A stretch of 62,173 nt of DNA from NCBI RefSeq assembly GCF_001194135.2, contig NC_068982.1, forward strand, positions 28,937,922 to 29,000,094. Direction: 5' to 3'. How positions within the stretch are numbered: the first letter of the stretch is position 1; every line of letters begins with the position of its first letter. Below the pieces are notes generated by a model. It had not been told where the DNA came from. It did not search any database and saw nothing but the letters and a program-made list of their open reading frames with translations. Position numbers and translations under genes: made by a program. Source of the DNA: Octopus bimaculoides. Its lineage: Eukaryota. Positions 50,283 to 62,173 of this stretch are shown in pieces.

Positions 50283-50600
50283 NNNNNNNNNNNNNNNNNN
50301 NNNNNNNNNNNNNNNNNNNNNNNNNNNNNNNNNNNNNNNNNNNNNNNNNNNNNNNNNNNNNNNNNNNNNNNNNNNNNNNNNNNNNNNNNNNNNNNNNNNN
50401 NNNNNNNNNNNNNNNNNNNNNNNNNNNNNNNNNNNNNNNNNNNNNNNNNNNNNNNNNNNNNNNNNNNNNNNNNNNNNNNNNNNNNNNNNNNNNNNNNNNN
50501 NNNNNNNNNNNNNNNNNNNNNNNNNNNNNNNNNNNNNNNNNNNNNNNNNNNNNNNNNNNNNNNNNNNNNNNNNNNNNNNNNNNNNNNNNNNNNNNNNNNN

Positions 50601-50636
<36 letters not shown>

Positions 50637-51600
50637 ACATACATATATGTATCTGTGTATATACAAGTATAGATACACATATACATGTTCACACACATAC
50701 ACACACGCACATATATATATTCATATGTATATATCTATGTATATACACACGCGTATCTATATCTATCTATTTATCTATCAATATATATGTGTGTGTGTAC
50801 ACACACACACATATATACTCATTGATACATGCATTTACTACCTACACTCTCTTGAAGCTTAATCTCACCTTAACACCTTCTTAGAACCGCTTTCTGATCC
50901 CACACTAACTGCCAAACCCCCAATCGGTTGAAAAGATATATTGTTGAGACCTGTTTTTTCACTTAGTACCCCCTTAGCACTATTTGAACAGGCCTTTCAC
51001 TTTTTTTTTCTATCTTGACGTACCTAAGCCGACATCTACTCGTCTATTCAAGTTTTCTTCATACATTAATACTACCAAACTCTCTCTCTCAGGCCGCCTG
51101 GTACTTCTTCATCAGGCCTGGATTTCTTCGAGAATTCGTTGTTTGACCCTGTTTCCACTAAGTCTATTTATTTGAGTTCGTATCAAACCACAACGATATT
51201 AAAATCATAGATATGAATGCTCTTGTCTACGAAGCCTACAAATTAGTTATACACGTACTCCTTCTCCCATTCTCAACAGAGGAACAGATGCGAAAAAACT
51301 TACACTATTATGCATTCTTACTCAAACATACACAAACACACAGTACATTCACATTGCTTTGTTGAAACGATCAAAACAATTCAGTTATTATGTTTTCTTT
51401 ATATTAACACCAAAATGATAAAGAGCAAGAGGTTCCTGACTTGGGATGATTATTAAATATATTATTTGAAGTAGGGAATGTCGGTGTGGGGGAATATAGC
51501 CAAGATTACTATCAGGAATGTTGCAGAAGCAAATCCAAAAATTCAATCATCAGTGACAATGCTATATATAATAATTATATATAAATATGTTGAATAATTA

Positions 51601-51649
<49 letters not shown>

Positions 51650-51776
51650 CTGTGTGTGTTTGTATGTTATACATATTGTGGTCGTGCAAATGTGTGCGTA
51701 TGTGGGTATGAATATCATGTATAAAATACGTCTGTGTGTTCATATATACATTCACACACACACACATATAAGGAAA

Positions 51777-51837
<61 letters not shown>

Positions 51838-52774
51838 AACTTTGCACGGATTCGTATAAACTTTAGTTTATATTTTACTTTCTTTTAGCGACGACAAACT
51901 CAGGACTGGAATGCAAATGTGCTAATGTATTTTTTCATCANNNNNNNNNNNNNNNNNNNNNNNNNNNNNNNNNNNNNNNNNNNNNNNNNNNNNNNNNNNN
52001 NNNNNNNNNNNNNNNNNNNNNNNNNNNNNNNNNNNNNNNNNNNNNNNNNNNNNNNNNNNNNNNNNNNNNNNNNNNNNNNNNNNNNNNNNNNNNNNNNNNN
52101 NNNNNNNNNNNNNNNNNNNNNNNNNNNNNNNNNNNNNNNNNNNNNNNNNNNNNNNNNNNNNNNNNNNNNNNNNNNNNNNNNNNNNNNNNNNNNNNNNNNN
52201 NNNNNNNNNNNNNNNNNNNNNNNNNNNNNNNNNNNNNNNNNNNNNNNNNNNNNNNNNNNNNNNNNNNNNNNNNNNNNNNNNNNNNNNNNNNNNNNNNNNN
52301 NNNNNNNNNNNNNNNNNNNNNNNNNNNNNNNNNNNATATATATATATATATATATATAAGAACTCTCATGAAGTTATACAAAGCCAATGGGAGATGGTAA
52401 TTTTTAACCCCCTTAGCGATGAGTGGTTTTGAAGAAAATATAATTTAGCAGTGAAGAGCATTTGATTGCAACAGATGGTATCTATACCTAGAATATAAAA
52501 TGTGTAACAGAAAGGCATTACAAAACGTGAGTGTATGTGTGTGTGCTGCATATATACTTGTATACACCCATATATAATGAATAGTAGTCAGGTAAACATG
52601 TAATACAAGTTTTCTTTGTATTTCGGGAGCTTCATCAGATTATGCTCTGCCATCTTAGAAAAGGGCATATTAGGTAGTGTGGTCCAGTGTAAACAATGCA
52701 TGTGAAATACAGAGTAGTCGAGAGCCAATAATAAACTGATACCATTTTATTTCTTTTATTATTATTGCTCAATT

Positions 52775-52980
52775 AAGGCTGGCTAACTGGCAGAATAGTT
52801 AGCACACCTTACCAAATGCTTAGCGGCATTTCATCTGTCTTTACGTTCTGAGTTCTAACTCCATCACTCTGCCATTCATCCTTTCAGGGTCAATAAAATA
52901 AATACTTGTCACGCATTGAGGTCAATGTAATCGTCTTGCCCCTTCCCGCAAACCCCAGACCTTCTGTCTATAGCAGAAAT
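52775..52980 (+). mobile_element. SINE family B
   Basis: aaggctggctaactggcagaatagttagcac...tgcttagcggcatttc...ttacgttctgagttc...cattcatcctttcagggtcaataaaataaatac. Confidence 0.8.
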
Positions 52981-53054
52981 GTTTACTCTTACTCAGTTAA
53001 CATTTAATCAATTAGCTAATCGAGTGTCTGATTAACCATTTGGTCAAACCACCA

Positions 53055-54340
53055 GTCAGGACTTTTGATAAACGTGATTGATTGAGTGGCTGAGTTGCAA
53101 ATCAAATACAAAATTATAATACAATATATACAGAAAAGCAAATAAACAAAAAGGACAACCCAATCGCATAAGGCAGAAAAGCGCACTTAGACCTGCTTTG
53201 GCCAAGCTGAAGCATGGAGGGCTCCGAACCCGATTGGCCACGATCCATCAGCTGTCAATATGCCTCTGGTGCAGTCTTTATCAAAATATCTAGGTGTTGC
53301 CTGGTACTTGTCCTCCATTTCCTTTTTGTCAGCACAGTGCTTAACTGGTGCTCATTTAATCTCGGCCATAGATTGATTATACTGTCGTCTGGCTTTCAGA
53401 TAACTGTAAAAACCATGCAAAACAACGATGTGGTGCCACTACGTGATGGACGTCTGTTGTATATAAATGTCACACTATCACATTGCACGATGCTACACGA
53501 AAAACCACTGCTTGTTCTTGCTTGATTTTTTGTCTAGGGTCACTCATGCTTTTAATTTTCTCATTGTTTTCTCAACATTTTCCCACCCCATATCCAACTT
53601 CAACCGCAAAACGATAAGTAGTACCCCTGCTCATAGATTCTGACTGATTCCTGAGTAAAAGGTGGGATACATCTGCTTCGTAGTCGTCGTCGGTTCCTGA
53701 TGGTGGAAGTATCGCAAACGCGACGAATTCTTTTGCTTTTACTTTGATTATTCTCAGAGCTGCCACGAGTCGTTCTCTAGAAACAGCGATAGCAACAACC
53801 GTAGTGATCACCCTCAGCAGTCGGCTTTTGTTGTCACTACCGCCCCTGATGTCTGTAGCTCACCGTTTTGTTTTGTCTTTATTTTCCTTCTTAACAGGAA
53901 GCTTTCAAGTAGCCTTTACTATCACATGTGCAGCAGTTGAGCTTTCTATACGCACCACCAGCCAGATTAACCTTCGTGCGCTATTCAAATGTTGTTTTAG
54001 TGCCAGAGGCCCTTGAAGTCCCCATCTGGCTGCATGGTCTTTCAGGTTCCTACTGCATTCATCATATGGTATTCTTAAGTGCTTATTGATAATGAGTGGG
54101 GTCCAACATCTGTGTCACTATGTCCAGTTGTGGCATAATATTTCTGAAACCAGCGTACTGTGAGCTGGAACATCACGTGCCTGTAGGCAAGCTGTACTTA
54201 AATCTTCACCTCATTCTTCACTTTAAAGCTCCGACACACGCTTTCATATGCCTTGTCCCCGACAGATAGAGTACACATGTTACCAGATATCAGCCAGGGC
54301 TCCTTCAAACTCGGTTTTCTTTCGAGGTGCAGAAGCATAT
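53055..54340 (-). mobile_element. Highly degenerate LINE (L1/Tx1-like?) remnant
   Basis: GC-richer block with many stops. The minus strand contains a degenerate zinc knuckle CCTCDSKGYLKASC (CX2CX4H/YX4C) near 53895-53940. Clade assignment is tentative. Confidence 0.35.
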
Positions 54341-55434
54341 CATCTTCCTCACAACGCTTAACTTGAAAAATTCACTGAGCAAGATTGTATTATCTTTAAC
54401 AACATACTAACGTCTATTTCTTCTTTCCTGAACTGGCTTATATCAAGTCTCATCTGGTCTGCAACGCTTACAAATCCTAGGTTTTTCTGTTTTGTCGGTA
54501 TTGTTCTTTTGTGTTACCTTTGAATTCATTAAATTTTTTTTATTTAAAGATACTTTGGAGGCATATATGTTTACCTGATTGAGGTTACTGCTTCCACAAC
54601 TCTGGCGATCCTCTGTACCAGCCTATTCGAGGGAAGCCATCTTGCAACACGCGTAATATTGCAAACCGCTCCTTGTGAAAACGTGTGTGTAATTAGTATA
54701 AAATATATAAAGACAAACCTTTCCTCATCCACAGATAATGGGGTAGACTTTCAAATATTCCGAACCAGTTAGTGGTAAAAAGTGAATCCACGTTAAGTAA
54801 GCTATATACAATACTATTCTGAAACGATATTGTTTCCATTACTGATAAAGAATTTTTTACCCAACCTGCCAGTTATTTGCGATACCAGTGATTTCTTAAT
54901 CACTATTTTTCTATATCAGTAGAAGCAAAATTTCCCTATGCGAGTGATTGGTAGTGGATTCTTATTACGGATTACGTGCAATGACATATAATGAAGATTG
55001 AGGAATTCCACCAACGTTGCAGGACAGTTTTCTCTGCTGTGTATATTTGGGAGCATTTTAGCACTAAACATCTATATGAGACACATTCTCAAGATGAATA
55101 CTGCAGTTTTGCAGCTTTTGGTAGTACAGCCATGCTAAGTAAGATATACAAATCCTATTCTAAACAATTTCTGTTTTACAAACGATTATCCCAGAATGAA
55201 ATAAAAAGCCATGTTCTATAAGGAGTACTTAGAAAAGTGATCATCCACAGCGAACCAAAGGAAAACAAAAACAATAATAACTAAAACGGTAACTACAATA
55301 ACAATTGGGAGCTATAGAAAAAAAGCTGGAGATACATAAGAAAACACATTCCTTTACAAAAAACAAACAATAATAACAACTAGCCAGACAAACATAATAA
55401 GCAATACCTGTTTCTTGTTCCTCAGCACTAGCAC

Positions 55435-55490
<56 letters not shown>

Positions 55491-55689
55491 AATTAACGTG
55501 ACAGAATCACACATTCGGTGTAAGCATAATAACTATTACTTTCTCCACACCTCTCATCGTTTATACTTTTTTTCTCCCTCTTTTCTCCCGCACTTTGCTT
55601 CTCTCTTCATATAACCACATGACAGCGTAACACATTCGGCCTTAGCATATTAATATATGGACTCTTATTAATTTTTGCACAAGGTCACT

Positions 55690-55870
55690 GTTTTTAGTGG
55701 AAAGGGCTGGTGATTACATCGACACCATTGCTCAACTCCTTATTTTATCGATCCTGAAAAGATGAAAAGTGAAGCCAATCTCGGGAAATTTGTATTCAGA
55801 ACGCAAAGACGAATGAAATACCGTCAAGCATGTTACTCGTTTTGCTAACAATTCTGCCAGCTCGCCGTCT

Positions 55871-55933
<63 letters not shown>

Positions 55934-56668
55934 GATAATTTGTCACTACCCTTCTTGATCATTTCTAGGGCACCTACAACAACAGGGATGGTTTTGTTTT
56001 TTTATTACCACGTCCTAGATATCTTAATCTCAAGATTCTTATATTTCGACAGTTTTTCAAATTCCTTTGTCGTGGTGTTTCTATCAGAAAACACTGTCAT
56101 ATCAATTAACGGGCATGTTTTNNNNNNNNNNGGTCAATACTCTCCAGTTTCTCATTCCAGAGTATACACTTTGTGTCTACCTCACTGCGTATGACATTGG
56201 CTTGATAGGTCCGAGTGAAGAAACTCTGATCCTGTGCTGCTATGATAAATCCTTTTGTTTCAGCTTTCAAACTAGCTCTAAGTAGCCACTGATGAGTCTT
56301 TCTCATATCTATTTTTTTACCACTAAAAGATAAAAGGCAAATCGATCGCGGCGGAATTTGAACTCAGAACGTGATGACGAACGAAATACTGTTAAGCATT
56401 TTGCCCGGCGTGCTAATAATTCTGCCAGCTCGCTGCATTAATAATAATAATCCTTTCTACTGTAAGCACAAGGCCTGAAATGTGGGGGTAAGGGACTAGT
56501 CGATTACATCGACCCCAGTGTTTCACTGGTACTTAATTTATCGACCCCGAACGGATGAAAGCAAAGTCGACCTCGGCGGAATTTGAACTCAGAACGTAGC
56601 GACGGGCTAAATATCGCTATTCATTTTGCCCGGCGTGCTAACGGTTCTACCAGCTCGCCGTCTTGGCA
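55690..56668 (-). mobile_element. Three minus-strand SINE-B copies (55690-55872, 56330-56440, 56452-56665) interleaved with (AAT)n tracts
   Basis: Each ends on the plus strand in ctgccagctcgc(c)g.. next to (AAT)n. The core tttatcgaccccgaacggatgaaagcaaagtcgacctcggcggaatttgaactcag is clearest in the third copy. Confidence 0.85.
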
Positions 56669-56897
<229 letters not shown>

Positions 56898-57508
56898 AAA
56901 TTAAACGGTTGATAGTTGTAAGCAGGTGCAAAGATGTGTGTGTGTGTATATATATAAAAAACAGAACAAATCTATAGAAAATAGGCAAACATTAACTTTA
57001 ACAAATATAAAGTAAATTCCCAGGAGTTTCTCATATTTTTTAATCTTATTGTTATTAATTCTGTTTCGTTACGCACACTTGCTTATAATAATTGAATATG
57101 TACGTATGGAAGTGTAACTGTCTGTCCGTCTGTCTGACTATCTATCTATCTATCTATCTCACTCTCTCTCACTCTCTCTCTCTNNNNNNNNNNATATATA
57201 TATATCTGTCTATTCATAGATATGCACGCGTGTGTGTGTGTTCGTGTATGCTTCTGAATAAAAAATAAATGGGTAGAAGCAACAGTAAAAGTATATATGC
57301 ATATACGCTATGAATATTCATATAAATATAGGCGTGTGTAGCTCTACAAATGTACGTATATGTGCGGATATATTCATTCACAATTTTCCACGGCCTGAAT
57401 TAATATACACAGAAAGGAGACTAAGTTATGAGCTTCAAAAGTGACCTTGCACATTAATGCAGTGATATATTATGTGGAAAGCATACTTAACGTCCTTATC
57501 TTAATCAG

Positions 57509-57653
57509 AGAAGATGACAGCCATGACTTTTTCACAAGGGAAGCCTCTAAGACTGGCGGTGAAAAGTTGGTGGAACCACTGCTTAATAAATATACTACTG
57601 TACGAAGCAGCACATTAAGAGATCAAGATCGGAGACTTGAAGCTGAATTCTGA
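57509..57653 (+). CDS. Candidate terminal exon of the ADAMTS-like gene (hydrophilic tail plus stop)
   Basis: Acceptor ccttatcttaatcag|A. A phase-2 start joins exon D in frame (AC|A = Thr), giving EDDSHDFFTREASKTGGEKLVEPLLNKYTTVRSSTLRDQDRRLEAEF*. No recognisable domain. Confidence 0.35.
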
Positions 57654-57869
57654 ATACTTGAACAGAGTTGATCCCGTTAAAATATTCCTATTGTCATGCC
57701 ACTGACGTGTAAATTCTACGGCCACATGACGATGGGAAGTATTCCAAACGAAACTTGACAAAGTAGTGTTGATTTGAAAGAAAGCGTTTGAACTTCGTGA
57801 GTGTTTTTATCGGAAATTGGACGTGGAGTCAAAAATAACCACATCGTAACTGAGTCACTTTAGTAATAT

Positions 57870-58090
57870 TGGTTTGGTTTCAAATTTTGGCACACGGCCA
57901 GCAGTTTTGGAGAACGAGGTAAATTGATTACATCGGCCGCCAGTGCTCAACTGGTACTTATTTTATCGACCCTGAAAGGATGAAAGTCAAATTCAACTCC
58001 TGTGGCGTTTGAACTCAGAACCTAATGTCGGAAGAAATGCTGCTAAGCAATTTTTTGTTGCTTAACGATTCTGCCACCTCGCTGACTTAG
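57870..58090 (-). mobile_element. SINE family B
   Basis: ttggtttcaaattttggcac...ctggtacttattttatcgaccctgaaaggatgaaag...tttgaactcagaac...gattctgccacctcgc. Confidence 0.8.
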
Positions 58091-59483
58091 TCAGTTTAGC
58101 CATATTGACAGTTATTAAAGTCTTACGTCGTACACCTACGATGTAAAACTTTACTGTTCCGAAAATACAAATGGACTTTAAAATGTCTCCTGCATTGTAA
58201 ACGTTTTTCACGTCATAAATTTATGCATTTCTCATTGAAAAATTTTCTGACATGTATTGTTAAACGATATCTTATTATGCATGAAAGAATGAAATACTAT
58301 TAATGTAATACTATTTTAGATATCAAAGACTGGGTAGTTTAAATTCATTGCTACAGTTTCCTTTGTTCTTTTTCGCTTTAGTTTTCAGTTTTCTTACAAA
58401 ATATTTCTCCGGCAGTAGTTTTAAACTCATCTTTGCCAAATGCATGATTGTCTTGGTCAATAACTTCAGTTAAGATGTGGATTTTCTTAGGCTGAAGAAT
58501 TGACACCAACATTGTAGTGGAAGTGTAAGATTGTTATATCATTTACTTATTGCATTGAGATCATAGAGTCACTTATCCATCTAAATGTCTCACTACATCC
58601 GTTAGTGTTTCATTCCAATTTTAATTTTTTCCTCATGAAAACGACCAATCCCCGACAACGCTTAATAGTTTCTGCTTACATGTCTCATACAGGATTTAGA
58701 CGTGATAATCTAACTTTCGACCCTATTCTGAAGAGTTTTTGGATTTAGTATATTAATCGACAAATCTTCTGGACTTTAAAGGTCTACCATGAGAAATATT
58801 TTACTGTAATCTCTAACTTATGAAGTTTCAACGGTTGTTATGCTATAAAGTGTATATAATTACATGTTTTCTCTCCCGCAAACAAGGCCACCGGGTGGCT
58901 TCGGATAAAGGAGTAGACTTGTGGTTTGCTCCTACTGGTATGCGAACTGGAGCTTCATCCATCCTGGCTGTGTCAACTGGGAAATGGCGTTGAAAGACGC
59001 GAAAGCCCTTGAAATTCCAGAAACATCACTGATGTTGTTTCCCTGCGAGACGTATCTTGGAGCTATTAGGAGGCAATTCTAATAAACTTGAAGCTCTATC
59101 GTTAGAAGCATTTTATTCATAATCTCCACCTCAGGAGGTTTGTTATATTATTAAGTTCGCTCATTAGGCTGTCAATAAAATGCCAAGTATTGGATTGGGG
59201 CATTCATATAGTTCTAATTAACTGACGTTTAAATAAGGACTTCGTCAGAGAGATTTTCTGATTCTAAATACTCGCCAACATATAGCTCTTTCAGTATGCT
59301 GGCATGGAAGGCAACCGCCACAGGGATTATTTTGCAAATTGTAACACATTTATTTTGTAAGATACGCATAGATTCAATTTCTGTCAGTTTATTCATTGTT
59401 AATTACACTTAAATTGTTGTTTCTACAAAGTGTTCACAGTTTAATGCCGCTGTTTTAAAAAACATTTTGCTCATATATACATG

Positions 59484-59560
<77 letters not shown>

Positions 59561-59820
59561 GCGTGCGTGTGTGTGTTTGAATGCGCTGCTCCATAATTAG
59601 AGCATAAGAAAAAAACTAAATAACAGACACATAGTCATATTTATATACTTGTCTCACAATAACACAGCTATATTCTAATCTGTAGTATTCGAATATCTAT
59701 TAATATATGAAAAACCTTTGATGACAGCTAGACTTCTAGATTATGAAAACTACTAAATTTTTATACTCTTCCGAGATACCATACAGAAGAAAGACACGTA
59801 AAATCGACATAAACACAAAA

Positions 59821-60330
59821 TTAATCGAACGTAACTTTATGCACAATAAGTTTATTGTCTTGCACTAGCATCTGGAGAACAATTCTATATTTTATTGAAT
59901 ATTTAAGAAAAAATTGCATTATGGATGCTTGCTTCGATTTCTTCGTCTTCCTTATGCGCTTGATCTTATAGAAGTTGATTACTCTTTGAACTTGTCTTCT
60001 GATTTGCATTTCTCTTTCTGCATTCAAATCGATATCCGTTATTTGCCACTTGCTTTCCCTCTTCAAATATTCAAGTTCTTTAATTAAGAATTTGTCTCGT
60101 TTACACCTCATCATCATCTGTTCCGTCTTGGGCAATCAACGTCATATATATGTATGTATGTATGTATTAGGTCCTAGTATGGTAAAAAGATACTGTATTT
60201 CCAATGCAACACTCGACCCGAGTTCTGGGCTATCAGCACTAGCGGATTCATGGCTAATACCGAAATTCTTCACATGTACAAAATCCTGGTTTCACGACGG
60301 TAAAACAGTTGCTGAGATTTAGAGAAGAGT
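59821..60330 (-). mobile_element. Possible PLE 5' region / ORF start remnant
   Basis: Lys/Arg-rich minus ORF (MPKTEQMMMRCKRDKFLIKELEYLKRE...) next to AAAACAGTTGCTGAGA (plus strand), which resembles the GAAACAGCTGTAAGA end of the 9925 motif. Weak. Confidence 0.3.
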
Positions 60331-62085
60331 AAAATATAATTCAAATTATAACAGAAATAAATTGAATGCTTACTGGTAACATATAATCTAATACAGCCTA
60401 TGGCTTAGCTGGATTGCCGAAACTAATCCTGCACTAGGTTAACTTGGTCAGGAGATTTATTAGAAAATAGGCAGGACAGATAAGAGACCTGACAAAAGGC
60501 CTATGAATCTTGCATAAGGTAATGGTAAAAGGGTTATTTAGCAATACCTACGTTTCGAAGGGTACTAAGTTGGAAAGTTTCCAGAAGAATACTTCATAGG
60601 AATTTGCGTCCTTTGGCTCATGCTAGAAAAAAAAGAAGTAAACCTGTTCAAAAATCTCAACCATAGCAGCAGGTGCGTTTAACGTTACATTGTGGTTGCA
60701 TGCGTTATTTTGCATACTCCTGTCTAGAAATACAATCTGTGTAGGCGTTTGTTAAGTATGAGTGGACAACCTTCAGCAAAAAGGAAACTCACTTTTGACA
60801 TAGACAGCTACGATCTATATGGGCTCCGCATCCCACCCTGTCAGTGCATGTACCCGTTATATCTGGCAAGTAGTACACTATGCACCAGTTCAGGTTACCC
60901 AATTGGTAGGAGAGAGTCGGGTACACGCTTCGCAGCCCTACGTCCTCCACTTAAACGTTTTCTGCGGATTGTTCACTTACAACCCTTTCTTTTTTCTTCT
61001 CAATGTCATGGTGACTGGAACAGTCAAAGTATAATGCTGGTTACTCCAAGTGCGTGCTTTATAAACACGTAACTGGTGCTGTTGAGAAGATCGTTCACCG
61101 CTCTTGATGAGCGAATCCATCAAACATACACAAACATATATTACATACACACACACACACGCACACTCGCACACACACACACATATATATGCATGTATAT
61201 ATTTGTGTAGTTGCGTGTGTAATTATTTGTCTATGTGAGTGAAGTGTACAATGGAACATACCTCTGTGTGTATGTGTGTGTATGTGTGTGTGTGTACATA
61301 CATATATATACAACTTTGTATATAAATATGTATCTTCAAAGTATACATTTCTGCCTACAGTGAAGTGCAAATATGTATATATATCCACATATGCTACTAC
61401 TATTCCCAGAATATAATTGCTGAATCCGTATCTAACGTCGCTTAAAATGTTGACATTTAAGGACATTTAACTCAAATTCTGCTAGTCAATTTACAAAATG
61501 TTCCAGCTTAGGGACACACCAAATATATGGCAATGTTTTCAAAAGAACTTTTCTTTCATGAAATATCACATTGTTTCCTAAACGTTTGTTATATGTAAAA
61601 GAGGCACTTGATATTAATATGAAGACTAAGTTGCATTTTTACAAGACTTTTGTCGCTATTGTTTTATTTTATGTACGTTTAAATGTTGAAATGTTTAAAA
61701 AGTATTATTTATTTGTCTCTTTATATATTAAATGAAATTGTTTTGAAATGCGTTACTGTTTGGATATATATATTTTGACATATAACTTTCATATTGTATT
61801 TCGTTCATTTGTTTAAACCAATTTTAATCCTATTTCTCTTTTGAGAAGTATTTTTCAATGTGTTCAACATGGTGTTTACTATATTTGTAACAGAGCTCAT
61901 TGGTGATAATTGTCTAAAATATATTCTTGAAATATCATTTTAAACACCTAGCCACTTTTCTAAGTTCTATTCCCTCAACATCCTCAGAAAAAGCAGGCTA
62001 GTGGTTCTCGACTTAATTTTCACATCGTAACTTTAATAGTGGATGTATACGCGTGCACTCGCGCACACACATGCAACAAACAGAA

Positions 62086-62162
<77 letters not shown>

Positions 62163-62173
62163 TGCGTGTGTGC

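Noticed and set aside
601-52387. Long ORFs in the track containing X runs and poly-HT/YI/CV peptides (e.g. 601-1548, 27775-29202, 33481-34510, 50060-50710)
   Set aside because: They are artefacts of reading through N gaps and (CA)n/(TA)n microsatellites, with no coding signal.
53572-54016. ORFs on both strands (e.g. ...GTDDDYEADVS...) as a host gene
   Set aside because: They lie inside a stop-ridden GC-richer block with a decayed zinc knuckle, which is better explained as a retroelement relic.
58880-59080. GC-richer island with short open frames
   Set aside because: No consistent splice pair or phase link to other candidates, and no motif.

Overview
AT-rich, repeat-dense eukaryotic DNA from a gapped short-read assembly (many N runs flanked by (TA)n/(CA)n). 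The SINE families and microsatellite load look like a cephalopod, probably Octopus (inference from recalled repeat families). There are no prokaryotic features, CRISPR arrays, rRNA or intact tRNA genes. The only well-supported protein-coding gene is on the + strand: four phase-compatible GT-AG exons (30420-30584, 34645-34872, 36445-36600, 42951-43084) encoding TSP1 - ADAMTS cysteine-rich module - TSP1. This resembles ADAMTSL1/3 / MADD-4 (punctin) but has no spacer domain. Its signal-peptide exon is unresolved, and a candidate terminal exon lies at 57509-57653. The rest is intronic or intergenic: at least four tRNA-derived SINE families (labelled A-D here), CR1-like and Penelope-like (PLE) fragments, an internally deleted DD37D (maT) transposon, several palindromic MITE-like elements and microsatellites. 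Highlights: two minimal hammerhead-ribozyme-like folds with variant cores in PLE termini (65-101, 9925-9973); SINE-A sharing its 3' tail with a CR1-like LINE; a TSD-flanked 208-bp retroposon sharing the SINE-B tail; a three-level nested SINE insertion; and a ~100-bp-arm hairpin inside an intron of the gene. Most entries in the supplied ORF track are artefacts of microsatellites or N gaps.
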